Shown here: piece after piece, positions 40,745-50,582 of the stretch
How positions within the stretch are numbered: position 1 is the first letter of the stretch
Layout: each line of letters starts with the position of its first letter
NCBI GenBank assembly: GCA_963664435.2
Contig: CAXXKM010000001.1
Coordinates: forward strand, 512,001 to 576,000
From: Longimicrobiales bacterium
GTDB taxonomy: Bacteria > Gemmatimonadota > Gemmatimonadetes > Longimicrobiales > Gaopeijiaceae
DNA: 64,000 nt
Reading direction: 5' to 3'
Made by a program: the position numbers and the translations under genes
The notes under the pieces: generated by a model
What the model saw: the letters and a program-made list of their open reading frames with translations, nothing else
Databases searched by the model: none
Told to the model about the DNA's origin: nothing

Positions 40745-41664
40745 CTACTGGAGTAGCCCGCACTCCTCCAGGAACCCTCGCATCATCGCGACGCACTCCG
40801 CCGGCTGTTCCACCTGAAGGAAGTGCGTCGTCTCGGGGACGAAGTCGTAGTTGACGGCCCCGATGTGGGTGAGGTCGAACGTGGGCAGGTACGCGTAGGC
40901 AACGTCGGATCGGAGCCGATCACCTTGGTCGGACACGGCAGATTCCCGAAATCGACGAGGAACGCGTAGGTCCTCACGTAGGCGATGATCTGCGCTTCGT
41001 ATTCGCGAGGACAGCGAAGCTCGTAGCCGCCTTCCCCCGCGGATTCCCGCAGAACCGTTCGAGCCATCAGATCCGCCGCACCGGGAACCGCCCGGGTAAG
41101 CAGGGGCAGAAAGCTGAGGAGTTCCGTGAAATCCTCCCGCTTGTGAAATCGGTCCGCGCGGCGGCTCGCCATCCCCGCGGCGGCCTCGGCCAGCGCGTCG
41201 AAATCCGGGTCCTTCGGTCCAGGTCTGTAGAGCGGCGGATCGAACAGGACCCACGCGGCCAACCTGTCGCACCCACCTGTCCCCAAGGTCGATGAGAGGA
41301 GCGTCGTCAGCGCGGCAAGCGAATGAAATACCCCGGTCGTGGGTCGTTCGCCGTACCGGCGCGCGGCTGCTTCGATAACGCGCTCCTGGTCCCGGACCAG
41401 GTTGGGCATGTTGTGCTCGGGGCGTTCCCCGACGGCATTCCAGCCATGGTTCCGCAGATCGTAGAGCAGCACATCGAAGTCACCCGTCAGCAACGACCAG
41501 AACGGGTAGTAGAAGTCCATCGCCAGCCCGTTGCCGTGGCCCAGCAGAAGCCGCGGGCCGGCCGGATTCCCATGCCTGCGCAGAATCGTTACGCTGCCGT
41601 CGTCCTGACGGACCTCGTGCACGGAGCGCGGCTCGGGGATCTCCCATCTGCCTGCCCTGTTCAT
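40745..41664 (-). pseudogene. Alpha/beta hydrolase (SupD-like) with a one-base frameshift near 40898
   Basis: HGNG oxyanion motif, YDLRNHG, FHSLA nucleophile elbow in one frame; C-terminus YAYLPTF...TTHFLQVEQP continues in another frame. Confidence 0.8.
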
Positions 41665-41706
41665 GCGTGGCGGCCGCTACACCCCCGATGCGCTATGTCG
41701 AAATCA

Positions 41707-41730
41707 GCACCCGCCCGGCCGGGCGGGTGC
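41707..41730. repeat. Perfect 24-bp palindrome between ACP and hydrolase genes
   Basis: GCACCCGCCCGGCCGGGCGGGTGC equals its own reverse complement. Confidence 0.85.
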
Positions 41731-41754
41731 GTGATGAGACGGGACGCGCCTCGA

Positions 41755-41979
41755 TCAGCCGGCGTCGATACGAGCGGCCAGGCCGCGGAGAGATCCGACG
41801 CCCATCCACTCCTCGGGGGGAATCTCGACCTCGAATTCCCTGGCCACCAGCTTCACGAAGGCGACGCAGTCAAGAGAAGACACACCGGCTTCGCCGAACG
41901 CCAAGTCAAAGTCCGGTTCGTGGTCCAGATCCAGGTGCTCGTCGATAAGTGCGCGGAGGCGTGCTTCGGTGGTAGACAT
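41755..41979 (-). CDS. Free-standing acyl carrier protein (SupB-like)
   Basis: 74 aa acidic; FGEAGVSSLDCVAF Ppant-site variant, EFEVEIP. Confidence 0.85.
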   Translation of the reverse strand: MSTTEARLRALIDEHLDLDHEPDFDLAFGEAGVSSLDCVAFVKLVAREFEVEIPPEEWMGVGSLRGLAARIDAG

Positions 41980-42030
41980 TCTGTGTCGGATCCTCGGGTT
42001 GTAAATAGTCGTTGAAGACGCTGTCGGTCG

Positions 42031-42059
42031 ATTCTTTAACTCAGCCGCGGCCATGTCAA
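42031..42059 (-). promoter_or_regulatory. Possible sigma70 promoter for ACP-hydrolase genes
   Basis: TTGACA-17 bp-AAGAAT on minus strand, AT-richer leader. Confidence 0.4.
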
Positions 42060-42093
42060 GCCGCGGGCTCACTCCCGCAGCAGGGGCGTTCCG

Positions 42094-43974
42094 TCAGAAC
42101 CCGGCTTCGATTCGCCAGAAATGAACCCGGTAGTCGAAAACGGTAAAGGCGATGCGATCCCCGGCCGGCGAATAGGCGGGCTGGGTCTTGTGGGAGGGGT
42201 CGAAGGTCAACTGCTCCGCCGCCCCTCCGCTCGCCGGCACCCGGAAGATCTGGAAGAACCCGTCGCCGGCGCGGTCGACGTAGGCCACCCAGCGCCCGTC
42301 GGCCGAGACGCCGATTCCCGAATGGATCTGGTCCGAGCCGTAGTTGTGCAGGCGCTCCGGCGTCCCGCCCGTGCGAGGAACGCGCCAGAGGCTCTTGCGT
42401 CCGACCGCCTCCGCCGCCTCGAAGATGACCGTCTCGCCCGCGTCGGCCCACTCTCCCTGGATCACGTCCTGCTCGAAGCCCACGAGCTCGATGCGCGCCT
42501 GCGGCTCCGTCACCTGCCCGGTCTCCTGGTCGATGCCGATGACGAACAGGTGCGCCCGCCGCGCCCCGGCGTCGTCCATGCGATAGCTGGGGAAGAGGAT
42601 CCAGCGCCCGTCCGCCGACCAGCGCGCCCACCCCGTCTCGTGGCCGTCCTCGCTGATCATGCGCGCCTCGCCGCTCCCGTCGGCGGCCATGAGCCAGATG
42701 TCGTCCGACTCCTCGTGGGTATGGAAGGCGATCCAGCGCCCGTTGGGCGAGGTGTGCATCCCCTGGTCCTCCGAGTAGGACTGGCGGACCACGCGTTCCG
42801 GGGCGTCGTGCGGCTCGCTCGCACCAGCTCCCACGATGCCGATGTGCTGCGCGATGTCGGGGTAGTGGAAGTCGTCGGTGACATGGCGCCAACTGCCGAA
42901 GGTGAACGCGACCTCGGATCCGTCCCAGCTCCAGGTGGGCGTCTCGGACTGGAAGGTGGTGAGCGGGGTGGACGGCCCGCCCGTGGCCGGCGTGGTTGCC
43001 ACGAAGACGCGGTAGTCCTGCGACTTGAAGAGAACGCGCCCATCGGCGCCCGCGGTGGGGGCGTAGGCGTCGCGCGCGAATCCGGTCAGGCGGGTGGGCG
43101 CCCCGCCCGCGGCCGGGCGCGCCCAGAGGTCCAGAAACCCGCCCTCTCCCGGCGCCGCGTAATAGACCTGGTCCCCGGCGGTCGAGAAGGCGAGCGGCCC
43201 GTACACCTCCTGATCCGTGAAGAGCGGCCCGGGCGCGTCGCAGGGGAGGTGCAGCCGCTGGTGGCCGTCCTCGAATGAGAGGCAGGCGAGCTGCCCGTCC
43301 GGCGACCATGCGGGGAACGAGAGCCGCGTTCCCGTGGCGGCCGGCCGCGGGTTGGCCCCCTCGGCGTCCAGCAGCCACACGATGGACTCACCGCCCCCCG
43401 ACGAGACACCCGCCACGGTGGCCCCGTCCGGCGACCACGCAAGCATGTCCAGCGCGAGCAGGTCGGGTGACGCGTTCCGGCCCGGCCACAGCGGCTCGCG
43501 GCCGCCGTCCATGCGGTCGTAGAGCCACCACTCCTGCCGGCTGCGGTCGAACACGCGCTCCCGCACCGCCACCCGCCGGCTGTCGGGCAGCCACGTAACG
43601 AAGCGCATCGACGACGCCCCCGATCCCAGGACGCGCGTGGCGCCGCCGGCCACCGGGACCAGGTGCAGTCGGTCTCGCTCGGTGTAGGCCAGCCAGCGGC
43701 CATCGGGCGACACCACGCCGAGCGGGTCCCGGTACGCCACCGGCCCGACCTGTTCGGCGGAGGCGACGTAGTGCAGGGGCGGGAGGCCCGCTTCGGCGCG
43801 GGGAGCCTCGGCGCACCCGCCGATCGCGAACACGAGAAGTCCGGCGGCGAGGACCCGGCTTGCGGGATGGACGCAACCGGGCGCGCCTGTTCGGTCATCC
43901 GGTCCACTGGTTACCACGACCGCCCGCCGGGCCGTGGCGCCGCGGCGGCGAACGGCCTTGGCCGGCCCCGTCAT
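42094..43974 (-). CDS. TolB-like/PD40 beta-propeller lipoprotein; start may be downstream
   Basis: Repeated SPDG/WSPDG/WSADG/YSPAG blades; IGGC lipobox-like. Confidence 0.8.
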   Translation of the reverse strand: MTGPAKAVRRRGATARRAVVVTSGPDDRTGAPGCVHPASRVLAAGLLVFAIGGCAEAPRAEAGLPPLHYVASAEQVGPVAYRDPLGVVSPDGRWLAYTERDRLHLVPVAGGATRVLGSGASSMRFVTWLPDSRRVAVRERVFDRSRQEWWLYDRMDGGREPLWPGRNASPDLLALDMLAWSPDGATVAGVSSGGGESIVWLLDAEGANPRPAATGTRLSFPAWSPDGQLACLSFEDGHQRLHLPCDAPGPLFTDQEVYGPLAFSTAGDQVYYAAPGEGGFLDLWARPAAGGAPTRLTGFARDAYAPTAGADGRVLFKSQDYRVFVATTPATGGPSTPLTTFQSETPTWSWDGSEVAFTFGSWRHVTDDFHYPDIAQHIGIVGAGASEPHDAPERVVRQSYSEDQGMHTSPNGRWIAFHTHEESDDIWLMAADGSGEARMISEDGHETGWARWSADGRWILFPSYRMDDAGARRAHLFVIGIDQETGQVTEPQARIELVGFEQDVIQGEWADAGETVIFEAAEAVGRKSLWRVPRTGGTPERLHNYGSDQIHSGIGVSADGRWVAYVDRAGDGFFQIFRVPASGGAAEQLTFDPSHKTQPAYSPAGDRIAFTVFDYRVHFWRIEAGF

Positions 43975-44450
43975 GACATCCCCATCCGCTGAGGCAACGT
44001 CTCCAGCTCGACGATCTCGTACCGGCGTATGCCGCTCGGCAGCCTTACCTCGACCTCCTCGCCCTGGCGCGCGCCCATCAGACCCCGGCCGATGGCGGAC
44101 GCCATGGAGACATGGCCCGCCTCGATGTCGATGTAGTCACCGGCTGCGATCGTGTACGTTACCTGCATTCCCCGTACACGATCATGGACCGTAACCCGGG
44201 AGCCGAACCCCACCCTGTCCGGGGGCATCCCCTCGACGTCGATCTGCGACAGCGCGGAGACGCGCTGCCGCAGGTGGCCGATGCGGGCGTTCACGAACTG
44301 CTGCCGCTCCAGCGCCGACTTGTACTCCGAGTTCTCGCGCAGATCGCCCAGCTCGACGGCCTTACGGATGCGCTCGGGAAGCTCGAAGGCCAACTCGCGC
44401 GAGAGCGTTTCGATCTCGTCTTCCAACTTCTGTCTGATTTCGTTCAGCAT
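43971..44450 (-). CDS. greA: Transcription elongation factor GreA/GreB family
   Basis: ELGDLRENSEY, VGFGSRV, SMASAIGRGLMG. Confidence 0.88.
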   Translation of the reverse strand: MLNEIRQKLEDEIETLSRELAFELPERIRKAVELGDLRENSEYKSALERQQFVNARIGHLRQRVSALSQIDVEGMPPDRVGFGSRVTVHDRVRGMQVTYTIAAGDYIDIEAGHVSMASAIGRGLMGARQGEEVEVRLPSGIRRYEIVELETLPQRMGMS

Positions 44451-44493
44451 CCAGGCTGCTCCGGACGACTCGGGAAGACGCGGCGACGCGGCG

Positions 44494-44991
44494 TCAGGCT
44501 CGCGGATCGGAGGTGGCCAGAACCACCTCGCGGCGTGCCCGCCGGTCCGCCTTCACCGCCTCTCGGACCTGGGAGTCCGCCACCCCCAGGATCTGCGCCG
44601 CCAGGATCGCGGCGTTCACCGCTCCCGCTTTCCCGATGGCGAGCGTCGCCACCGGCACGCCCCCCGGCATCTGGACCGTGGAGAGGAGCGAGTCCAGGCC
44701 GTCGAGAGCGGAACCCATGGGCACGCCAAGGACCGGGAGCGTGGTGCCCGACGCCACCACGCCCGCAAGGTGGGCCGCCCCTCCGGCTGCCGCGATGATG
44801 ACCGCCAGCCCCCTCGCTTCGGCAGTGCCGGAATACTCGTGCACCAGGTCCGGAGTGCGGTGCGCGGACATCACCCGGACTTCGTGAGGGACGCCGAGCG
44901 ACTCGAGGGTGTCGGCGGCGTGGGTCATGACGGGCCAATCGCTCTTCGAGCCCATGAGCACGCCTACTTTGGGACGACTGTTGGAATCCAT
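44494..44991 (-). CDS. purE: N5-carboxyaminoimidazole ribonucleotide mutase
   Basis: [37 protein letters not shown]. Confidence 0.96.
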   Translation of the reverse strand: MDSNSRPKVGVLMGSKSDWPVMTHAADTLESLGVPHEVRVMSAHRTPDLVHEYSGTAEARGLAVIIAAAGGAAHLAGVVASGTTLPVLGVPMGSALDGLDSLLSTVQMPGGVPVATLAIGKAGAVNAAILAAQILGVADSQVREAVKADRRARREVVLATSDPRA

Positions 44992-45158
44992 GCGATTGCA
45001 ACCGGTGCGGGTCGGAGGAAGTGAGCGGCGAGAGCCCACGATGCAGAACCGCCGCCAAGGGGTCAAGGGTTGAATTGGCGCCGAAGCCGGAGTTACTGTC
45101 GATAGCTGCGTCCGCATCCATCCCGCACCGCGCCGTCAGATCAACAGGGGAAAACCGC

Positions 45159-45572
45159 ATGAACATCAGGGTCACGCTTCGCTGGCTGCAGATACTCGAC
45201 AAGCTCGAGCCCTGGTACAAGGCCAAGGGCCAGTTCGTCTTCTGGACCCGGGTCACCAGCGGAGGCAACACGGACGAACGCCGGTTCCCCGAAGAGGGTC
45301 ACTATCCCATCTCGGATCATCGCCGCTGGAACAGGCTCGACCACCTGAACAAGGTCATGTACGAGGGCGAGGCAGGCGATTCCCTGCTTATCGAAGTACG
45401 TGGCGTCGAGATGGACCTGTTCTCGAGCGACGATGAACTGGAACGCTACTCGCGCGAGTTCTCGGGCCCGGTCGACTCGTGGGTCGGCCGCCATCGGCCA
45501 GGAGATGAAGGGCCGCTCGATCCCGAGGCCATGACCAACTGGCGGGTCTGCTACGACGTGGAGGTCGTCTAG
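45159..45572 (+). CDS. Hypothetical protein
   Basis: 137-aa ORF with normal codon usage filling the purE-tyrS gap. Confidence 0.7.
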   Translation: MNIRVTLRWLQILDKLEPWYKAKGQFVFWTRVTSGGNTDERRFPEEGHYPISDHRRWNRLDHLNKVMYEGEAGDSLLIEVRGVEMDLFSSDDELERYSREFSGPVDSWVGRHRPGDEGPLDPEAMTNWRVCYDVEVV

Positions 45573-45627
45573 CTTCAGGCGCCCGACGGGCGTCAAGCCC
45601 CGATCAGGTTCTGAGCGGTGACTCGGC

Positions 45628-46908
45628 TCACTGGTCCGCCGGACGGACCAGATGATACCGCTTCTTTCCGCGCCGCAGCACCACGAACTCCCCCTCCACG
45701 GCTTGGTCCGCCGTGACGCGCGCGGAAACGTCCGCGACGCGGTGGTTGTTGACGTAGATGCCTCCTCCGCTGATGGCGCGCCGGGCATCGCTCTTCGATG
45801 CGGCCAGGCCGGCGCCGTGGAGCAGGTCCACGAGCGCAAGCCCCTCTCCCTGCAAGGCGCCGCGCGGGATGCGGCTGGAGGGCACGTCGGCGAAGATGTC
45901 CGAGATCTCGCCGGCGTCCAGCCCTTCGATTTCGCCGCCGAACAGCACCTCGCTCGCCTTGCGCGCCCGGCCCAGCCCGTCCTCCCCGTGGAGACGGCGG
46001 GTGACGTCGGCCGCCAGCGCCTTCTGGGCGAGGCGGCGATGCGGTTCGGCCGCCGTTGACGCCTCCAGTTCCTCGACCTCCTCCCGCGAGAACAGGGTGA
46101 AGAGGCGCAGGTAGGCTCCCGCGTCGGCATCCGGTGTGTTCATCCAGAACTGGTAGAACCGGTAGGGCGTGGTGCGGGCGGGGTCCAGCCAGACGGTGCC
46201 GCTCTCGGTCTTGCCGAACTTGGTGCCGGACGAGGTGGTCAGGAGCGGGAAGGTCACCCCGTACGCGCGGGCGCCGCGCACGCGGCGGATCAGCTCGGTG
46301 CCCGCGGTGATGTTGCCCCACTGGTCGCTTCCGCCCATCTGGACGGTGCATCCCAGCCGGTCGTAGAGCTCGAGAAAGTCGTAGGCCTGCAGCAGCACGT
46401 AGCTGAATTCGGTGAACGAGATGCTGGCCTGCGGATCCTGGACCCGCCTGCGGATCGAGTCCTTGCCGAGGAGGGCGTTGATGGAGAAGTGCTTGCCCAC
46501 GTCACGCAGGAAATCGACCATCCCGACCTTGCCCAGCCAGTCGAGGTTGTTGGCCATGCGCGCGGGATTGCTCTTCACCTCGAAGTCGAGGAAGTGCGCG
46601 AGCTGGGCATGGATGCCCGCGGCGTTGGCCTCGGCCTCTTCCCTTGACAGAAGTGCGCGCTCGGCGGCCTTCTCGGACGGATCGCCGATCAGGCCGGTGC
46701 CTCCGCCTACCAGCGCGACCGGGGTGTGTCCCGCGCGCTGCAGATGCACCAGCCCCATGATGGGCAGCAGGCTGCCGACGTGCAGGCTGGAGGCGGTCGG
46801 GTCGAAGCCGATGTAGGCGACCCGCGGCTCGGTGGCGAACGCCCGCGCGGCGCCGTCGGTGGCATCGTAGAACAGGCCGCGCCACTTGTATTCGTCGAGC
46901 AGGCTCAT
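45628..46908 (-). CDS. tyrS: Tyrosine--tRNA ligase
   Basis: YIGFDPTASSLHVGS, QMGGSDQWGNI, KFGKTESG, C-terminal S4 domain. Confidence 0.97.
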   Translation of the reverse strand: MSLLDEYKWRGLFYDATDGAARAFATEPRVAYIGFDPTASSLHVGSLLPIMGLVHLQRAGHTPVALVGGGTGLIGDPSEKAAERALLSREEAEANAAGIHAQLAHFLDFEVKSNPARMANNLDWLGKVGMVDFLRDVGKHFSINALLGKDSIRRRVQDPQASISFTEFSYVLLQAYDFLELYDRLGCTVQMGGSDQWGNITAGTELIRRVRGARAYGVTFPLLTTSSGTKFGKTESGTVWLDPARTTPYRFYQFWMNTPDADAGAYLRLFTLFSREEVEELEASTAAEPHRRLAQKALAADVTRRLHGEDGLGRARKASEVLFGGEIEGLDAGEISDIFADVPSSRIPRGALQGEGLALVDLLHGAGLAASKSDARRAISGGGIYVNNHRVADVSARVTADQAVEGEFVVLRRGKKRYHLVRPADQ

Positions 46909-47113
46909 GGGTCGGGGCAATTGCCGGAAGGGCGCCGGGCTGCAGGTGAACGATGACGGACGGGTCGAGGACCGGCGGCGGGCGGGTCGGCCAAAGCTAC
47001 AGGGTTGGGTGGCGTTCTACCATGGTCATGGGGATGTCGCCTTTTCGCTCCGGCGAAATCGATGGGCGCCGGTTCGCGCGCGTCCGGCCGACAGACGCGT
47101 CGGCGCCGGAACT

Positions 47114-48634
47114 CTATTCGACGATGTCCTTCCGGGGACCGGCTCCGGACAGAAGGATTGCGAGGCGCGCACGATCGACCTTGCCGTTGGGGTTGCGCGG
47201 GAGCTCGGCGAGGACCACGAGGGCGCGCGGACGGGCCGCGGGGCCGAGCGCATCACGGCAGTGCCGGTGCAGGGCCTCCGCGTGGACTTCGCGGCCGGCG
47301 GCGGGCACGATCGCGGCCGCCACCCGTTCTCCCCATGCGGGATCGCGCAGCCCCGCCACCGCCGCCTCCGCCACGGCGGGATGCGCGGCGAGCACCTGTT
47401 CGACGTCGGCGGGGTCGACATTCACCCCCCCGCTCACGATGCGGTGCGCCTTGCGGCCGGTGACCCGCAGGTGGCCGTCGCGGTCGAAGCCACCCAGGTC
47501 ACCGGTGCGGTACCAGCCGCCCGGGCCGGTGATGGGACCACCCCGGTGATACGCGCGCGCCACCATGTCGCCGCGCACCTCGATCTCGCCGTCGGCGGCG
47601 ATGCGTACCTCGATGCCGTCGAGGGGGGGGCCGGCGGAGCCGGGGTTGGCGCGCACCAGCGCGGGCGGGGCGGTGGCCACCTGCGAGCAGGTCTCCGTCA
47701 TGCCGTAGGTGAGCGCCAGCGGCAGCCCGGCGGACAGCGCGCGTTCCAGCAAGGCCGACGGGGCGCCCGCCCCTCCCAACAGCACGCACCTCAGGGAGGC
47801 CGGGAGGGGCCGGGGGAGGCCGGCGTCGAGCAGCCGGTCGAGCATGGTGGGCACCAGCGAGACATGGCTGATGGCGCCCGTCCCGATCAGCTCGCCCAGT
47901 ACCTCCAGCCGCCACTCGCCGCGCACCACCACACGGCTGCCGGCTGCCAGCGCCCGGTCGACCAGCGCCATCCCGCCAATGTGGGCGAGCGAGAGCGAAG
48001 CGTACCAGGCGTCGTCGGGCCCCAGTGCCAGGCGGGCGCGCACGGCGCGCGCGCTGGCGGCGAAGTTTCGGCGGGTGAGCGCGACCGCGCGTGCTCTCCC
48101 CCCGGTGCCCGATGTGCGCAGGACGGCAACCACGTCGTCGGGCCCCGACCGGGGGAGAGGCCCCTCCGCGGGGGTCACCCGGCGGATGTCCGTCGCCGCG
48201 GCCGGCCCGCAACTGCGCGACCGGCCGTCCGGCGGGAAGCCTCGGTCCGCCAGCGCGAAGACCCGTGGCTCCGTTCCCCCCCCCAACGCGGCGACCACGC
48301 CACGCGCCAGCTCCAGATGAGCCGGTGCGCACAGCACGACCGCCGGGCGCGCGACCGCGAAAGCGTCCCTCATCTCGCGGCGCGCCAGCGCGGGGTTGAG
48401 CGGGGCCAGCGCCGCCCCCGTCCTGGGCGCCGCGTACATGGCCGTCACCGCCCCGGTCCCGGTCGGCGCGAGCATGCCGACCGCATCCTCCGGCTTGACT
48501 CCGAGCGCTACCAGACGCCGAGCCAGACGGTCGGCCGCCACGTCCAGGTCGCGGTAGCTCAGGCCTCCACCGCCATCGTCGAGCGCGATGCTGTCGGGAT
48601 GTGCCCGCGCGCCCCGTGCGACGGCATCGCTCAC
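47114..48634 (-). CDS. menE: o-succinylbenzoate--CoA ligase
   Basis: TSGTGGR, YGMTETCSQV, RTGDLG, SGGVNV, LPRNPNGK; in men cluster. Confidence 0.88.
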   Translation of the reverse strand: MSDAVARGARAHPDSIALDDGGGGLSYRDLDVAADRLARRLVALGVKPEDAVGMLAPTGTGAVTAMYAAPRTGAALAPLNPALARREMRDAFAVARPAVVLCAPAHLELARGVVAALGGGTEPRVFALADRGFPPDGRSRSCGPAAATDIRRVTPAEGPLPRSGPDDVVAVLRTSGTGGRARAVALTRRNFAASARAVRARLALGPDDAWYASLSLAHIGGMALVDRALAAGSRVVVRGEWRLEVLGELIGTGAISHVSLVPTMLDRLLDAGLPRPLPASLRCVLLGGAGAPSALLERALSAGLPLALTYGMTETCSQVATAPPALVRANPGSAGPPLDGIEVRIAADGEIEVRGDMVARAYHRGGPITGPGGWYRTGDLGGFDRDGHLRVTGRKAHRIVSGGVNVDPADVEQVLAAHPAVAEAAVAGLRDPAWGERVAAAIVPAAGREVHAEALHRHCRDALGPAARPRALVVLAELPRNPNGKVDRARLAILLSGAGPRKDIVE

Positions 48635-49527
48635 CCCAGCGCGAACCCGAGCCCGAGCAGGACTCCGAACAGCCCCAGGAAGCGGGCGGTCCCGGCAAGG
48701 GCACGGTTGAGCGAAGCCGGCTCGCGGTAGGTCAGGACCAGGCGGAGCGTGCCCGCGACCGCCGGTAGCGCGCACAGGGCGAGCAGGACCTGGGGGCTCC
48801 AGCCGTGCAGCGCCATCCCCGCGAAAGGCACGGCCGCGGTCAACCCCAGCAGGGAGACGTACTGCGCCTTCGTCCACCCGCCGCCCATGCGCACAGCCAG
48901 GGTTCGCTTGCCGGCGCGCGCATCCGTCTCCATGTCGCGAAGGTTGTTCACCACCAGGATCGCGGTGCTGGCGGCCCCCAGTGCAATGCCCGCGGTCAGC
49001 GAGTCCGGGCGGAATTCCAGCAGCTGCACGTAGCAGGTACCCGCGACCGCGACCAGGCCGAAGAAGACGAACACGAACAGGTCGCCCAGCCCGTGGTATC
49101 CCAGCGGCCAGGGCCCCCCGGTGTACGCGATTCCCGAGGCGATGCAGGCCACGCCGACGGCCACCATCGGCCACCCCGCCACCAGCGCCAGGTAGACGCC
49201 CGGGCCCGTGGCGAGCGCGAACGCAAGCAAGGCTCCCCGCAGCACGGCCCTCCCTTCGATCAGCCCGGCCTGGGTGACGCGCACCGGACCCAGGCGCCCC
49301 TCGCTGTCCCCGCCTTTCCGGTAGTCGTAGTAGTCGTTGGCCAGGTTGGTGCCGACCTGGATCAGCATCGCCACGGCCAATGCGGCGAGCGCAGGTAGCA
49401 GCGCGAAGCCGCCATGCATGTGCGCCAGCCCGGTGCCGGCGGCGACCGGGGCGACGGCGGCCGTGAGGGTGCGGGGCCTGCACGCCATCACCCAGGTCCG
49501 CGTCCGCGAGATGCGCCCGCCGGTCAT
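48631..49527 (-). CDS. menA: DHNA polyprenyltransferase
   Basis: RPRTL, NLANDYYD, LGYHGLGD, NNLRDMETD...KRTLAV; start 49527 or 49557. Confidence 0.93.
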   Translation of the reverse strand: MTGGRISRTRTWVMACRPRTLTAAVAPVAAGTGLAHMHGGFALLPALAALAVAMLIQVGTNLANDYYDYRKGGDSEGRLGPVRVTQAGLIEGRAVLRGALLAFALATGPGVYLALVAGWPMVAVGVACIASGIAYTGGPWPLGYHGLGDLFVFVFFGLVAVAGTCYVQLLEFRPDSLTAGIALGAASTAILVVNNLRDMETDARAGKRTLAVRMGGGWTKAQYVSLLGLTAAVPFAGMALHGWSPQVLLALCALPAVAGTLRLVLTYREPASLNRALAGTARFLGLFGVLLGLGFALG

Positions 49528-49627
49528 GCCCCAGCCCGGCCGGGCCGATCCGAGCATCGCGACGCCCAGGCTTCGCCGCCGCCGTCCCCCGCCAGGGATC
49601 CCCGGGGCCCGGACCGGCGGCGCCTCC

Positions 49628-50464
49628 CTAGGGCAGCCACGGATACTTGCGGAAATCCGGTCTGCGCTTCTCAAGATAGGCGTTCCTGCCCTCCTGTCCC
49701 TGCTCCGTCATGTAGAACAGCAGCGTCGCGTTGCCGGCGAGTTCCTGGAGGCCGGTCTGCCCGTCCACATCGGCATTGAAGGCGGCCTTCAGGCAGCGGA
49801 TCGCCAGCGGGCTCTTGTCCAGGATCTCCTGCGCCCACTGCCAGCCTTCCATCTCCAGCTCCTCCACCGGCACGACCTTGTTTACCAGCCCCATCTCCAG
49901 CGCCTCGGCGGCGTTGTACTGGCGGCACAGGTACCAGATCTCGCGCGCTTTCTTCTGTCCGACGATGCGGGCCAGGTAGGAGGAGCCGTACCCCCCGTCG
50001 AAGCTGCCGACGATGGGCCCGGTCTGGCCGAAGACGGCGTTGTCGGCGGCGATGGTGAGGTCGCACACGACATGCAGTACATGGCCGCCGCCGATGGCGT
50101 ATCCGGCCACCAGGGCGATGACCGGCTTGGGCATGGTGCGCATGTAGCGCTGCAGTTCGAGCACGTTCAGCCGCGGTACGCCGTCTCCGCCCACGTACCC
50201 GGCGTCGCCGCGCACGCGCTGGTCACCCCCTGAAGAGAACGCGTACTTGCCGTCCTTCGCCGGGCCGTTGCCGGTGAAGAGCACGACACCGACGTCCATG
50301 TCCTCGCCCGCGTCCCGGAAGGCCTCCTGCAGCTCGAACAAGGTCTCCGGGCGGAAGGCGTTGCGCACTTCGGGACGGTTGAAGGCTATGCGCGCCACCC
50401 CGCCGCACTTGTGATAGGTGATGTCCCCGTATTCGCGGACCTGTTTCCAGTTCGGCTGTTTCAT
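49628..50464 (-). CDS. menB: 1,4-dihydroxy-2-naphthoyl-CoA synthase
   Basis: [33 protein letters not shown]. Confidence 0.97.
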   Translation of the reverse strand: MKQPNWKQVREYGDITYHKCGGVARIAFNRPEVRNAFRPETLFELQEAFRDAGEDMDVGVVLFTGNGPAKDGKYAFSSGGDQRVRGDAGYVGGDGVPRLNVLELQRYMRTMPKPVIALVAGYAIGGGHVLHVVCDLTIAADNAVFGQTGPIVGSFDGGYGSSYLARIVGQKKAREIWYLCRQYNAAEALEMGLVNKVVPVEELEMEGWQWAQEILDKSPLAIRCLKAAFNADVDGQTGLQELAGNATLLFYMTEQGQEGRNAYLEKRRPDFRKYPWLP

Positions 50465-50582
50465 TCACGACCTCCCGTGCTCTGCTCCATGCGCGATCTC
50501 CGGCGATCCCGGCAGCCCGGGTCGGGCATCTCTCCCGGCGATGCCCGCGGAATATGGCGGGCGGACGACGCAGCCGCGGCAC

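Noticed and set aside
46909..47113. T-box leader upstream of tyrS
   Set aside because: No recognisable T-box consensus or terminator-antiterminator; the short ORF MTMVERHPTL has no support
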